The notes under the pieces: generated by a model
Told to the model about the DNA's origin: nothing
The model's input: the letters and a program-made list of their open reading frames with translations, nothing else
The model's database searches: none
Made by a program: the position numbers and the translations under genes
Shown: piece after piece, positions 37,503 through 47,180 of the stretch
Position numbering within the stretch: position 1 is the first letter of the stretch
Layout of the letters: every line of letters begins with the position of its first letter
NCBI GenBank assembly: GCA_963923455.1
Contig: CAWULT010000003.1
Location: forward strand, 15,935 to 79,934
DNA length: 64,000 nt
From: an uncultured bacterium
GTDB taxonomy: Bacteria; Acidobacteriota; Vicinamibacteria; Vicinamibacterales; UBA2999
Reading direction: 5' to 3'

Positions 37503-38827
37503 CATCGAATCGACTGGAGAAAGCCCGTAATGAGGTTGTTGAATTCCTCGCTCGACTTGCGAAGGCTGTCGACCTTCCTGATCGAGTGAATCACCGTCGA
37601 GTGGTGCTTCCCACCAAAGCTGCGGCCGATCTCCGGCAGGGACGCGTGGGTGAGCGACTTGCAGAGGTACATCGCTATTTGGCGTGGCATGGCAACCGAC
37701 TTGGAGTTGTTGCGCGATTTCAAGTCGCTGCTCTTCAGTTGGTAGTAGTCGGCCACGTAGCGTTGGATGGACTCGATCGTGATCGCTCGATCGTCCTGGT
37801 CGATGACGTTCCTGAGGACTTCCTGGGTCAGGTCGAGCGAGATCTCCCGGCCAGTGAGGGATGCATACGCGATCAGCCGGATGAGAGACCCCTCCAACTC
37901 GCGGATGTTCGACTTGATTCGCGAGGCGATGTACATGGCGACGTTGTCCTCGAGTGGCACGGCCTCCGCTTCGGCCTTTCGTTTGAGGATTGCGACGCGG
38001 GTCTCGAGGTCTGGCGGTTGGATATCGGCGATGAGCCCCCACTCGAATCTGGACCGCAGGCGTTCTTCGAGCGCCGGAATCTCGTGGGGTGGCCGATCGC
38101 TGCTGAGAACGATCTGCTTCTGGGCGTCGTAGAGCGCGTTGAACGTGTGGAAGAACTCCGTCTGCGTGCCTTCCTTGCCGGCGACGAACTGGATGTCGTC
38201 GACGAGGAGGATGTCGACGCTGCGGTAACGCTCGCGGAAATCGAGAATCCGCTCGTAGCGCAATGCGTTGATCATCTCGTTCATGAAACGCTCGGACGAG
38301 ATGTAGGTCAGCGTCAGCGAGGGATCGTGCTGGAGAACGTACTGGCCGACGGCGTGCATCAGGTGCGTCTTACCCAAGCCAACGCCGCCGTGGATGAAGA
38401 GCGGGTTGTAGGACCGGGACGGGGCTTCGGCCACGGCCCGGCATGCGGCGTGGGCGAACTGGTTCGAGGGCCCGACGATGAATGTGTCGAACGTATAACG
38501 GTCATTCAGGCCGACGGCCCGCCCGGATGGGCCTGCCAGGGGCTGAACTGTGTGATTGCCGGAGCTGGCCGCAGGTGGTGCCTCGGTGACGAACACGAGC
38601 TGAACGTTTGGGCGCCTGATATCGGCCAGGGCTTCACTCAGCACTACCGAATAGTGCTTTGTGAGCCAGTCTCGAAAGAGCTGGTTTGGTACGCGGACGG
38701 TGATCGAATCACCGGAGTCCGAAATGAAGGTGGTGGGCCGGAACCATGTGGAAAAACTGTGAGGATTGACCTTGGTCTCAATCCGACCAAGGATCTGGTT
38801 CCATACACTCTCGTCCATGCTCGGCAT
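37502..38827 (-). CDS. dnaA: Chromosomal replication initiator protein DnaA
   Basis: 441 aa, Walker A GGVGLGKTHLMHAVG, box VII, and a C-terminal DNA-binding signature ...PRQIAMYLCKSLTHASLPEIGRSFGGKHHSTVIHSIRKV. Confidence 0.97.
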   Translation of the reverse strand: MPSMDESVWNQILGRIETKVNPHSFSTWFRPTTFISDSGDSITVRVPNQLFRDWLTKHYSVVLSEALADIRRPNVQLVFVTEAPPAASSGNHTVQPLAGPSGRAVGLNDRYTFDTFIVGPSNQFAHAACRAVAEAPSRSYNPLFIHGGVGLGKTHLMHAVGQYVLQHDPSLTLTYISSERFMNEMINALRYERILDFRERYRSVDILLVDDIQFVAGKEGTQTEFFHTFNALYDAQKQIVLSSDRPPHEIPALEERLRSRFEWGLIADIQPPDLETRVAILKRKAEAEAVPLEDNVAMYIASRIKSNIRELEGSLIRLIAYASLTGREISLDLTQEVLRNVIDQDDRAITIESIQRYVADYYQLKSSDLKSRNNSKSVAMPRQIAMYLCKSLTHASLPEIGRSFGGKHHSTVIHSIRKVDSLRKSSEEFNNLITGFLQSIR

Positions 38828-38991
38828 ACGACGAAACTACTAGTAAATCCAATAACTTTCGCTTAAAAGGCGAATAGATGGAGAGCCGGATTGCTGTGAC
38901 AAGCCGTACTGTCGTCCGACCGGAGCGATGCTGTGCAAAACCGGGCAACGTCGGGCGGTGACGAGTCGATCTTCTAGCTTTTCAACAGTGT

Positions 38992-39009
38992 TTTCCACAG
39001 TTGTGGAAA
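38992..39009. promoter_or_regulatory. Perfect inverted pair of DnaA boxes upstream of dnaA (TTTCCACA-GT-TGTGGAAA)
   Basis: Read directly: ...GTGTTTTCCACAGTTGTGGAAATC.... The left box TTTTCCACA matches the consensus at 8 of 9 positions. The same 8-mer, TTTCCACA, recurs at 37494-37501 on the opposite strand. Confidence 0.6.
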
Positions 39010-39146
39010 TCTTGGGGAAGAAACCGAACGGGAACCGCCCTCGAGCCGTTTCCCAGCAGGTGCAAGACGCCGACTGTAACACAGCGGAGCTGACCAACGA
39101 AGGAACCAACCGACGCTGGCGACCAAATAGTCAAAGGCGTGGTTCG

Positions 39147-39176
39147 TTGACAGCCCAGGATGACAGGGCATATTAT
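39147..39176 (+). promoter_or_regulatory. Sigma-70-like promoter candidate for rpmH-rnpA-yidD-yidC
   Basis: TTGACA (39147-52), an 18-nt spacer, then TATTAT (39171-76), about 90 nt upstream of the rpmH ATG. Confidence 0.45.
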
Positions 39177-39266
39177 TGCGGTTTCGCCTGACAGCAGGGG
39201 CGTCGAACTGGAGACGTCGCGGAGTCAACCCGCGCTCCCAGTCAGATTAGAGGTTTCGAGACCGAC

Positions 39267-39419
39267 ATGAAGGGTAAACGCACATATCAGCCCAACACCC
39301 GTCGCCGCAAGAAGGCGCATGGTTTCCGCGTTCGGATGGCGACGAAGAACGGCCGGATCGTCCTGAAGCGCCGCCGCGCCAAGGGGCGGAAGCGGTTGAC
39401 GGTCGCAGACGAGCGCTGA
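39267..39419 (+). CDS. rpmH: 50S ribosomal protein L34
   Basis: Not in the ORF track because it is only 50 aa. Translated by hand: [50 protein letters not shown]. Confidence 0.95.
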   Translation: MKGKRTYQPNTRRRKKAHGFRVRMATKNGRIVLKRRRAKGRKRLTVADER

Positions 39420-39463
39420 AGTCCGGCGAACGTCGGCTGCGCTGACGTCCGCAGGTCGAGCAC

Positions 39464-39862
39464 ATGAGGCGGTTCGGCCTCGAACGGTCATCGCGGGTGC
39501 GCAGGCGCCCCGACTTCGAGCGGGCCTACGATACCGGTATCCGCGTCCACGGGCAGTTCATGACCGTGTTCTTCGTATCGAATGGCCTGGAGCGCTCCCG
39601 GTTCGGTGTCGCGGCAACGCGAAAGATCGGACCCGCTGTCGACCGGAACCGGGCCAAGCGCCTGGCCCGCGAGCTGTTTCGCCAGCACAGGGTCTCCTCC
39701 GGCCTGGATGTTGTAGTCGTTCCGCGGCGGGATATGCTCGATGCTCCGTTCACTCGACTTGAAGCGGACTTCCTGGCGATCGTCGATCGTCGAAACAGTG
39801 GCCGCAGCGGGGACCGTCCCTCCGCCCGGCGCGGTCGCGACCGGAATCCTCGTCGCCATTAG
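39464..39862 (+). CDS. rnpA: Ribonuclease P protein component
   Basis: 132 aa, directly after rpmH, with RRRPDFERAY...FGVAATRKIGPAVDRNRAKRLARE (RNR motif) and an Arg-rich C-terminal tail. Confidence 0.9.
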   Translation: MRRFGLERSSRVRRRPDFERAYDTGIRVHGQFMTVFFVSNGLERSRFGVAATRKIGPAVDRNRAKRLARELFRQHRVSSGLDVVVVPRRDMLDAPFTRLEADFLAIVDRRNSGRSGDRPSARRGRDRNPRRH

Positions 39863-40049
39863 AATCTACAAGGTAACGCTGTCACCCCTCTTCGCCGGCG
39901 CCTGCCGCTTCACGCCCTCTTGTGCCGACTACATGGCCGAGGCCGTTCGCGTGCACGGTGCCTTGAAGGGGGTAAGGCTTGGCCTTTCCAGGCTTTCGAA
40001 GTGTCGCCCGCTCGGCGGGCATGGCTTCGATCCCGTCCCCCGCCAGTAG
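39741..40049 (+). CDS. yidD: Membrane protein insertion efficiency factor YidD
   Basis: Conserved core IRIYKVTLSPLFAGACRFTPSCADYMAEAVRVHGALKGVRLGLSRLSKCRPLGGHGFDPVP. The start is uncertain: ATG 39741, or more plausibly in-frame GTG 39798, which gives 83 aa. Either start overlaps the rnpA 3' end out of frame, by 122 or 65 nt. Confidence 0.85.
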   Translation: MLRSLDLKRTSWRSSIVETVAAAGTVPPPGAVATGILVAIRIYKVTLSPLFAGACRFTPSCADYMAEAVRVHGALKGVRLGLSRLSKCRPLGGHGFDPVPRQ

Positions 40050-40055
40050 GCACCG

Positions 40056-41789
40056 ATGGAACGCAGGGTCTTCGTCGCAATTCTTCTGTCCTTCTCCGTT
40101 CTTTACGCCTATCAGACGTTCTTCGCTCCTCAGACTCCGCCCGTGAAGCCTGGTGAGTCGGCGGCAGTCACTGGGCGACCAGCACAGCCGAGTGCGACGA
40201 CGTCCTCGGTGCCGGCCGCCGTTCCAGTGGCGGGCTCGAGTGAGGCTGCGGCGGTTGTCGCAGAGGAGCAGGAGCGCCGCGTCACGGTCGAGACCAGAAC
40301 GGTCATCGCTGAGTTCAGTAACAGGGGGGCACGGCTGATTCACTGGCGGCTCAAGGACTACCGTGACCCGCAGGGCGACCCCGTAGACCTGGTGCCGACG
40401 GACCTGCCGCCAGGCCAGGACAGCCCCTTTGTCCTTCGCGTGCAGGATCAACAGGCCAGCAGGCAGTTGGCAGGCGCGCTCTTTCGTGTCACGGGCGCGA
40501 ACTCGGGTCGCGCCGACGTGTCCCGGGAGCCCGGCGTCGTCACGTTCGACTACGAGGACGCCTCAGGTTTAAAGGCGACGAAGCAATTCCGCTTCGAACC
40601 GGACGGTTACGTGGTCGGGTTCTCGGCTCGCGTCGAACGAGCCGGACAGCCACTGGCGCCGACCGTCGTGTGGGGGCCCGGTCTTGGTGATAGAGGCGCG
40701 GCCGCAGGTGGTGGCAGCTTCTTCACGGGCAACGCAACCCAGTCCCCGGAGGCCATCTACCATCGTGATGGCAAGGTTGAACGAATCGCACAGAACAAGG
40801 TCAGCCCACAGACACCGTACGACGGGGAGTTTCGATTCGCCGGAATCGACGACCACTACTTCGTGGCCGTGGCGATCAACCCTGGCCGCGTGCGCCTCGA
40901 ATACCAGCCGGTGACCGTTCCCTCGGCCGACGGCAACGAGCGGCGTTTCGTGTCGCACGCCATGGCCTTTCAGTCAGCGCCGAACGGTCTCAGGTTCTTC
41001 GTGGGACCGAAGCAGTTCGACCTGCTGCGGGCGGCCGACGCCGAACTCGTGCGGGTAATCAACTTCGGGTTCTTCGCGTGGCTGGTGGTGCCGCTCCTGA
41101 GCACCCTGAAGTGGCTCTATGGGTTTACGGGCAACTACGGCTGGTCGATCATCCTGCTGACCATCATCATCAACCTCGTGATGTTCCCGCTGCGTCACAA
41201 GAGCGCCGTAGCGATGCGCAAGATGCAGGCCCTTCAGCCGCAGATGAAGGCCATTCAGGAGAAGTACGCCCACCTGAAGATGACCGATCCGGACCGCCAG
41301 AAGATGAACACGGAAGTCACGGCGCTCTATCGGGAGCGAGGGGTGAATCCGGCGAGCGGCTGCGTACCGATGCTGTTGACGTTGCCTGTGCTGCTCGCGT
41401 TCTATGCCTTGCTGTCGCAGGCGATCGAACTGCGTGGGGCACCGTTCACCCTCTGGATCCGTGACCTCTCTGGTGCGGATCCGTACTACGTCATTCCCGC
41501 ACTGATGGGCGTGACCATGTTGTGGCAGCAGAAGGTGACGCCGGCGGCGATGGACCCGGCCCAGCAGAAGGTGATGATGATCATGCCGATCATGTTCACC
41601 GCCATGATGATCTTCTCGCCAAGCGGCGTCGTGCTGTACTGGTTCGTCAGCAATCTGTGGGCGATCGGGCAGCAGTACTTCACCAACTGGATGATCGGCC
41701 CGCCGACGCCGGTGGCCCCGCCCGCGACGCGACGCGTCAAACCCGTCGGCAGCGGGCGGAGCACTGGGGCACAGAAGGGCCAGCAGTAA
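40056..41789 (+). CDS. yidC: Membrane protein insertase YidC
   Basis: 577 aa. N-terminal TM, a large periplasmic domain, then the conserved core ...GWSIILLTIIINLVMFPLRHKSAVAMRKMQALQPQMKAIQEKY.... Confidence 0.95.
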   Translation: MERRVFVAILLSFSVLYAYQTFFAPQTPPVKPGESAAVTGRPAQPSATTSSVPAAVPVAGSSEAAAVVAEEQERRVTVETRTVIAEFSNRGARLIHWRLKDYRDPQGDPVDLVPTDLPPGQDSPFVLRVQDQQASRQLAGALFRVTGANSGRADVSREPGVVTFDYEDASGLKATKQFRFEPDGYVVGFSARVERAGQPLAPTVVWGPGLGDRGAAAGGGSFFTGNATQSPEAIYHRDGKVERIAQNKVSPQTPYDGEFRFAGIDDHYFVAVAINPGRVRLEYQPVTVPSADGNERRFVSHAMAFQSAPNGLRFFVGPKQFDLLRAADAELVRVINFGFFAWLVVPLLSTLKWLYGFTGNYGWSIILLTIIINLVMFPLRHKSAVAMRKMQALQPQMKAIQEKYAHLKMTDPDRQKMNTEVTALYRERGVNPASGCVPMLLTLPVLLAFYALLSQAIELRGAPFTLWIRDLSGADPYYVIPALMGVTMLWQQKVTPAAMDPAQQKVMMIMPIMFTAMMIFSPSGVVLYWFVSNLWAIGQQYFTNWMIGPPTPVAPPATRRVKPVGSGRSTGAQKGQQ

Positions 41790-41832
41790 CGGCGGGTCTT
41801 CAGGAAACCCTGTAACGACGAGAGCGACTCAC

Positions 41833-42285
41833 GTGGGCGACACCTTACCAAATCAGATGGCCGCGTTCGTGCAAGACGTAGTGAACGCCATGGGCGTGAA
41901 CCTCACGGTCCGAATCGAACACACGCCCGAAGCCACCCGCATCAATCTGGACGGCGATGACGGCGGCGTCCTGGTGCGGCGGGATGCCGAAGGGCTGCAG
42001 GCGTTGCAGCACCTGGTGGCAACTGCGTTCCGGCGCCAGTTGGGCGATGACACCCGCATCGTCGTGGACTGCAACGGGTTCAGGAGGGACAAGGACGCCG
42101 AGTTGAGGCAGATGGCCCGCTTCCTGGCCGAGAAGGCTCGAACGACGAACCAGCCGCAGGAGATGGGGCCACTGAACCCGTACGAGCGCCGCATCGTGCA
42201 CATGGCCATCGCGGAAGATCAGCGCGCGACATCCGAGAGCATCGGCGACGCCTTCCTGAAGACGGTCATCATCGCAGCCAAGTGA
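41833..42285 (+). CDS. jag: Jag/KhpB-like RNA-binding protein (KH + R3H domains only)
   Basis: 150 aa, GTG start (ATG alternative at 41857). R3H block PLNPYERRIVHMAIAED, in the conserved position after yidC. It appears to lack the N-terminal Jag_N domain. Confidence 0.8.
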   Translation: MGDTLPNQMAAFVQDVVNAMGVNLTVRIEHTPEATRINLDGDDGGVLVRRDAEGLQALQHLVATAFRRQLGDDTRIVVDCNGFRRDKDAELRQMARFLAEKARTTNQPQEMGPLNPYERRIVHMAIAEDQRATSESIGDAFLKTVIIAAK

Positions 42286-42303
42286 GGCCCCGGAGGCGCT
42301 GAC

Positions 42304-43665
42304 GTGTTCAGCCCCGACGACACCATCGTGGCGGTGGCCACGGCTCCCGGGCGCGGGGCGATTGGTGTCGTGCGCATCAGCGGGCCGTCGGCGCTCTGCG
42401 TCGCTCAGCGGATCGTGGCCGGTTCGCCAGCGTTCGAACCCCGGCGCGCCACTGTCAGGGCGATCGAGGGTGTCTCGTCCGAGGGGGGGGCGTCCCTGAT
42501 GGACGAGGCGGTCGTGACATGGTTTCCTGGCCCTGACTCGTATACCGGACAGGACGTCGTCGAGATCAGTGCCCACGGAAGCCCGGCGGTCCTGGAGGCG
42601 ATCATCCGGAACGCTGTGTTGAGCGGCGCCAGGCCGGCGCATCGCGGTGAGTTCACGCTCCGCTCCTTCCTCAACGGCCGCCGCGACCTCGTTCAAGCCG
42701 AAGCCGTCGCCGATCTGGTCGACGCATCCACGGGCCTGCAGGCGGAGACTGCGTTCGATCAACTTCAGGGAACTCTGACTGAACATGTGGAGCGGCTCGA
42801 CGCCCGGTTGCTCGACCTGCTGGCGCAGTTGGAAGCGTCGCTGGATTTTCCGGACGAGGGGCATCACTTCATCACCGTCGACGAGACAGTGGTCCGCCTC
42901 GATTCGGTTATCGCCGACATCACGTCCTTGTTGACCGATGGTGCCCGCGGCCGAGTGATCAGAGAGGGTGCGACCGTTGCCATCGTTGGCCGGACCAACG
43001 TCGGCAAGTCGAGCGTCTTCAATCATCTGTGTGGGTCGGACCGTGCGATTGTGACGGCGGTTCCGGGTACGACGAGGGACCTCGTGACGGAGCGGGTCGA
43101 GCTCGGAGGCCTGACGATCACGCTCGTGGACACAGCCGGGGCCAGGCTCACGGCAGACGTCGTGGAACGGGAAGGCGTAGAACGCGGCGTGCGCGCGCGC
43201 GGCGTGGCGGACGTGGTGCTCGTCGTGCTGGACGGCAGCCAGCCTCTGCAGGACGAAGACCGTGCGGTGCTCGAGGAGACGTCTGAGTTGAGGCGGCTGG
43301 TCGTGGTGAATAAGTGCGATCTGCCGAGTGCCGTCGGGGACTGCTACGTGCCCTCTCCGTCGGTTCGGTTTTCGGCTCTGACCGGAGCCGGCGCAGACGA
43401 CCTGTGCGCGCAATTGACAACTAGGTTGGTGGGGCAGGCCGTTCGAGAACCAGTCGCGGTCTCGAACATTAGACACATGGATCTTCTCGTGGCGGCGAGG
43501 CGACGGCTGAGCGATGCGCTGCAGGCGTCGCAAGCTGCGGCCTCGGAGGAGTTCGTGGTCTCGGATATCCACGCCGCGCGACGGGACCTCCGCGCTATTC
43601 TCGGTGACGGCCTCGGAGAGGACGTGCTGAGCGCGATCTTCGAGCGGTTCTGCATCGGCAAGTGA
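42304..43665 (+). CDS. mnmE: tRNA uridine-5-carboxymethylaminomethyl(34) synthesis GTPase MnmE
   Basis: 453 aa, GTG start, G1 motif [10 protein letters not shown]-terminal CIGK motif. Confidence 0.95.
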   Translation: MFSPDDTIVAVATAPGRGAIGVVRISGPSALCVAQRIVAGSPAFEPRRATVRAIEGVSSEGGASLMDEAVVTWFPGPDSYTGQDVVEISAHGSPAVLEAIIRNAVLSGARPAHRGEFTLRSFLNGRRDLVQAEAVADLVDASTGLQAETAFDQLQGTLTEHVERLDARLLDLLAQLEASLDFPDEGHHFITVDETVVRLDSVIADITSLLTDGARGRVIREGATVAIVGRTNVGKSSVFNHLCGSDRAIVTAVPGTTRDLVTERVELGGLTITLVDTAGARLTADVVEREGVERGVRARGVADVVLVVLDGSQPLQDEDRAVLEETSELRRLVVVNKCDLPSAVGDCYVPSPSVRFSALTGAGADDLCAQLTTRLVGQAVREPVAVSNIRHMDLLVAARRRLSDALQASQAAASEEFVVSDIHAARRDLRAILGDGLGEDVLSAIFERFCIGK

Positions 43666-45533
43666 CCGTGGCGCCATCCTTCGACGTGTTGGTGATCGGA
43701 GCGGGGCACGCCGGGGTCGAGGCGGCGTATGCGGCTGCGCGGCTCGGGTGTTCGGTGGGTCTCTGTACCCTCACCCGCGACACCGTGGCGGAGATGCCCT
43801 GCAACCCAGCGATCGGTGGCACGGCCAAGGGGCACCTCGTACGAGAGATAGACGCGCTCGGCGGGCTCATGGCCGAAGCCATCGACGCAACGGGCCTGCA
43901 GTTCAAGCTGCTGAACGCCAGCCGCGGCCCGGCGGTCTGGAGTCCTCGAGCTCAGGCGGACAAGCGGCTGTACTCCCAGTGGGTTCGTGCGCGGCTCGAA
44001 CGCGAGACGAACATCTCCTGGCTGATCGGCCGGGCAGGTGCCGTCCTGACGCGCGGTGGGCGAGTAGTCGGTCTCCGGATGGAGGGCGGCGCCGTTCATC
44101 GCTGCGCCGCGCTGGTGATCACGACCGGGACGTTCCTGGACGGAGTCGTGCACGTGGGCCCCGAGCGGCGGCCGGCGGGTCGACACGGGGAGCCGCCGTC
44201 GAGAGAGCTTGCCGACTCGATCAGGCAGATGGGATTCGACGTCGGGCGCCTGAAGACCGGCACGCCGCCTCGGCTCTCGGCGCGCAGCATCGACTTCGCA
44301 GCGGGCACATCGTCAGGCGCATTCGTCGAAGAGCGCGGAGACGAGGCGCCGGTGGCGTTCTCGTTCGGGACGCGGCACCAGGTGCAGAACCGGATCTCCT
44401 GCTGGCAGCTCCACACCAACGACCGCGTGAGTGAGCTCGTTCGGCGGCACATAGGCCGCAGCCCTCTCTACAACGGTCAGATCCTCGGGGTGGGCCCACG
44501 CTACTGTCCGTCGCTCGAAGACAAGGTCATGAAGTTTCCCGACCGCGAGCGGCACCAGCTCTACCTGGAACCTGAAGGTGTTGACGTCGACGAGATCTAC
44601 GTGAACGGTCTTTCGATGTCACTGCCAACCGACGTGCAGCGCCAGGTCGTCGCCGTGCTTCCAGGGCTCGAGGGTGCCGTGATGTTGCGGCCGGGGTACG
44701 CGGTCGAGTACGACTTCGTGAATCCCGTCGAACTACGATCGACGCTCGAGACTCACCGGGTCGAGAGTCTTTTTCTCGCGGGGCAGATCAACGGCACGTC
44801 CGGATACGAAGAGGCCGCGGCGCAGGGGTTGATGGCAGGGATCAACGCTGCGCGCAAGGTGCTTGGTGTTTCGCCTTTTGTTCTCTGTCGCGATCAGGCC
44901 TACATTGGTGTGCTCGTCGATGACTTGGTGTCAAAGGGGTGTCTCGAGCCTTACCGAATGTTCACGTCGAGGGCAGAGCATCGCCTGCTGCTGCGCATCG
45001 ACAACGCCGATCTCCGCCTGTCCCCGGTGGCTCGCGAGCTCGGCATGTTGTCGGAGGAACGCTGGGAGTCCTTCTTGGCTCGAAAGGCCCGCTACGAGAG
45101 AAACCTCGGGGCTTTGGATACGACGCTCGTGCGTGTCCCGAGTGGCGACCGCGTGTCAGCTGCCGCGGCGCTCCGCCAGCCAATGATGAGGCTGAAGGAC
45201 TTCGTTGCGGCGGGACTCGTGCGACTGGAGCTGGGCGAAGTGTCTCGGGACCTCGATCTGCTCAGTCTCGAGACAACGGTGAAGTACGCCGGTTATCTCA
45301 AGCGAGAGCAACTGGCTGCCGAACGCATCCGACGGGACGAGGGGCGCAGAATTCCTGACTCGTTCGTGTTCGACCGCGTGCCAGGGCTGTCGGCGGAGAT
45401 GGTGCATCGCTTCAACCAAGCGAAGCCAGAAACGGTGGCACAGGCCGCCAGAATTCCCGGCGTGACGCCAGCGGCGCTCGCCGTGCTCAGCGTGTATGTG
45501 TCACGACACTCCGCAGGTTCGGCCCAGTCGTGA
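43662..45533 (+). CDS. mnmG: tRNA uridine-5-carboxymethylaminomethyl(34) synthesis enzyme MnmG
   Basis: 623 aa, FAD motif [15 protein letters not shown]. The GTG start overlaps the mnmE stop (GTGA). Confidence 0.96.
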   Translation: MTVAPSFDVLVIGAGHAGVEAAYAAARLGCSVGLCTLTRDTVAEMPCNPAIGGTAKGHLVREIDALGGLMAEAIDATGLQFKLLNASRGPAVWSPRAQADKRLYSQWVRARLERETNISWLIGRAGAVLTRGGRVVGLRMEGGAVHRCAALVITTGTFLDGVVHVGPERRPAGRHGEPPSRELADSIRQMGFDVGRLKTGTPPRLSARSIDFAAGTSSGAFVEERGDEAPVAFSFGTRHQVQNRISCWQLHTNDRVSELVRRHIGRSPLYNGQILGVGPRYCPSLEDKVMKFPDRERHQLYLEPEGVDVDEIYVNGLSMSLPTDVQRQVVAVLPGLEGAVMLRPGYAVEYDFVNPVELRSTLETHRVESLFLAGQINGTSGYEEAAAQGLMAGINAARKVLGVSPFVLCRDQAYIGVLVDDLVSKGCLEPYRMFTSRAEHRLLLRIDNADLRLSPVARELGMLSEERWESFLARKARYERNLGALDTTLVRVPSGDRVSAAAALRQPMMRLKDFVAAGLVRLELGEVSRDLDLLSLETTVKYAGYLKREQLAAERIRRDEGRRIPDSFVFDRVPGLSAEMVHRFNQAKPETVAQAARIPGVTPAALAVLSVYVSRHSAGSAQS

Positions 45534-46183
45534 CGGCTTCAAAGGACTTTCACGACCGGTTGACGCGGCGTTTCAGGCGCGTCGGCCAAGTCGTTCCGTC
45601 CGAGTTGGTTGCCAGACTCGAAGTCTATTTCAGTCTTCTCCAGACCTGGAATCGAAAGATCAACCTGTCCGGGTTGGACCTGAGCGATCCGTCGCCAGAT
45701 GTGCTGGACCGCTTGCTCGTCGAGCCGGTGTTGGCGGCCCGTTACGTCGAGCCCGGCACGAAGACGGTCATCGACATCGGATCTGGTGGGGGGTCGCCGG
45801 CGATTCCCCTGGCGCTGTCGATCAACGGGTGTCACCTGACGATGGTCGAATCAAAGACCAGGAAGTCGGTCTTCCTGGTCGAAGCGGCCAGGGCGCTGGG
45901 AATGGACCACTGGAACGTGCTGACCGCCCGTTTCGAGGAGTTGCTGTCGAAGCCGTCGATGCACGAGGCGAGTGACTTGTTGTCGATTCGGGCAGTTCGC
46001 GTGGATGCCAGGACCCTGTCTGGGCTTCAGTCGTTCGTCCGGCCTGGCGGCCAGGTCTTCTTGTTTCAGTCCAGCGGTGGCGGGATGGCGACGGGCGCCG
46101 AGCCGCTGCTGACCCCGCGTGGGGTCCACACCCTGGTCGAATCGATGCGAAGCGAGCTTGTGATCCTCGAAAAGAGGCACTGA
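45530..46183 (+). CDS. rsmG: 16S rRNA (guanine527-N7)-methyltransferase
   Basis: 217 aa, SAM motif [16 protein letters not shown]. The GTG start overlaps the mnmG stop (GTGA). Confidence 0.9.
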   Translation: MTASKDFHDRLTRRFRRVGQVVPSELVARLEVYFSLLQTWNRKINLSGLDLSDPSPDVLDRLLVEPVLAARYVEPGTKTVIDIGSGGGSPAIPLALSINGCHLTMVESKTRKSVFLVEAARALGMDHWNVLTARFEELLSKPSMHEASDLLSIRAVRVDARTLSGLQSFVRPGGQVFLFQSSGGGMATGAEPLLTPRGVHTLVESMRSELVILEKRH

Positions 46184-46200
46184 AACAGGCCTCGCGTTGT

Positions 46201-46216
46201 TGTTCCACGTGGAACA
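46201..46216. promoter_or_regulatory. parS centromere-like site 1 (TGTTCCACGTGGAACA, perfect 16-bp palindrome)
   Basis: Read directly in the rsmG-parA spacer. Matches the known parS consensus tGTTnCACGTGaAACa at all but one position. Confidence 0.85.
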
Positions 46217-46234
46217 CGCTCGGGAAGGACCATT

Positions 46235-46250
46235 TGTTCCACGTGGAACA
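46235..46250. promoter_or_regulatory. parS centromere-like site 2 (TGTTCCACGTGGAACA, identical copy)
   Basis: Identical 17-mer TGTTCCACGTGGAACAC, 34 bp downstream of site 1 and 75 nt upstream of the parA ATG. Confidence 0.85.
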
Positions 46251-46325
46251 CTTGACCCCTCTCCGGCGATCACATAGATTCTCGTTTCCCCGTCCCGCTC
46301 GGCCAGAAACCCCGAAGTCCTTCAT

Positions 46326-47180
46326 ATGACGGATTCTTCAGAATCTCAGCCTCGTGTGGCGACGCACGGTCGAGTCATCGCCGTTGCGAACCAAAAGGGT
46401 GGCGTTGGGAAGACCACGACGGCCATCAACCTTGCCACCTCCGTGGCCCAGTGCGGCAGGCGCGTCCTGTTGGTCGACCTCGACCCGCAGGGCAATCTCA
46501 CGAGCGGTGTTGGCATGAAGGGGCAGCGGGGATCCAGTGGGACTGTCTACGATGCGCTGGTTTCTGACGTGTCGCCGGAGGGTTGCCTGCTTCAGACGTC
46601 GATTCCGGCCTTGTTCCTGATGCCAGCCGACCGGAATCTCACGGGGGCGGAGATCGAACTCGTCAGCTTTCCCGATCGTGAGAAGCGCCTGCGGCGCGTG
46701 CTGGACCCGCTGCGGGACCACTTTCACTACCTCATGATCGATTGCCCGCCGTCGCTGGGACTGTTGACGCTCAACGCCCTTGTGGCCGCGGACACCGTGC
46801 TCATTCCGCTTCATTGCGAGTATTTTGCGCTGGAAGGGCTTGCCGAGTTGGTGGGCACGATGCGGCGGGTCAAGGCTGCGTTCAACCCGGGTCTCGACAT
46901 CGAGGGTGTGTTGCTCACGATGTACGACGAACGCACGAACCTGGGACAACTCGTTGCGCGGGACGTGCGCGAGTTCTTCAGGGACAAGGTGTTCAATACG
47001 GTGATTCCACGCAATGTGAGGCTGGGCGAGGCTCCGAGCCACGGGATGCCGGCCGTGGTCTATGATCCCAAGTCCAGGGGCGCCGCCGCTTACGTGGCAC
47101 TCGCCAGAGAGCTGCTGCAGCGAGAGGCGGCGACCGTTCTTCGCGGGCGAGAGCCCGGAGCGGGTGTTGGTCATGAGTGA
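46326..47180 (+). CDS. parA: Chromosome partitioning ATPase ParA/Soj
   Basis: 284 aa, deviant Walker A IAVANQKGGVGKTTTAINLA. Confidence 0.95.
   Translation: MTDSSESQPRVATHGRVIAVANQKGGVGKTTTAINLATSVAQCGRRVLLVDLDPQGNLTSGVGMKGQRGSSGTVYDALVSDVSPEGCLLQTSIPALFLMPADRNLTGAEIELVSFPDREKRLRRVLDPLRDHFHYLMIDCPPSLGLLTLNALVAADTVLIPLHCEYFALEGLAELVGTMRRVKAAFNPGLDIEGVLLTMYDERTNLGQLVARDVREFFRDKVFNTVIPRNVRLGEAPSHGMPAVVYDPKSRGAAAYVALARELLQREAATVLRGREPGAGVGHE

Noticed and set aside
38840-39228. Small ORFs (84-89 aa, both strands) in the dnaA-rpmH spacer, and 63-aa ORFs in the dnaA-dnaN spacer
   Set aside because: They overlap one another in regulatory, AT-rich DNA with DnaA boxes. They have no RBS or recognisable motifs and are better explained as non-coding origin or promoter DNA.
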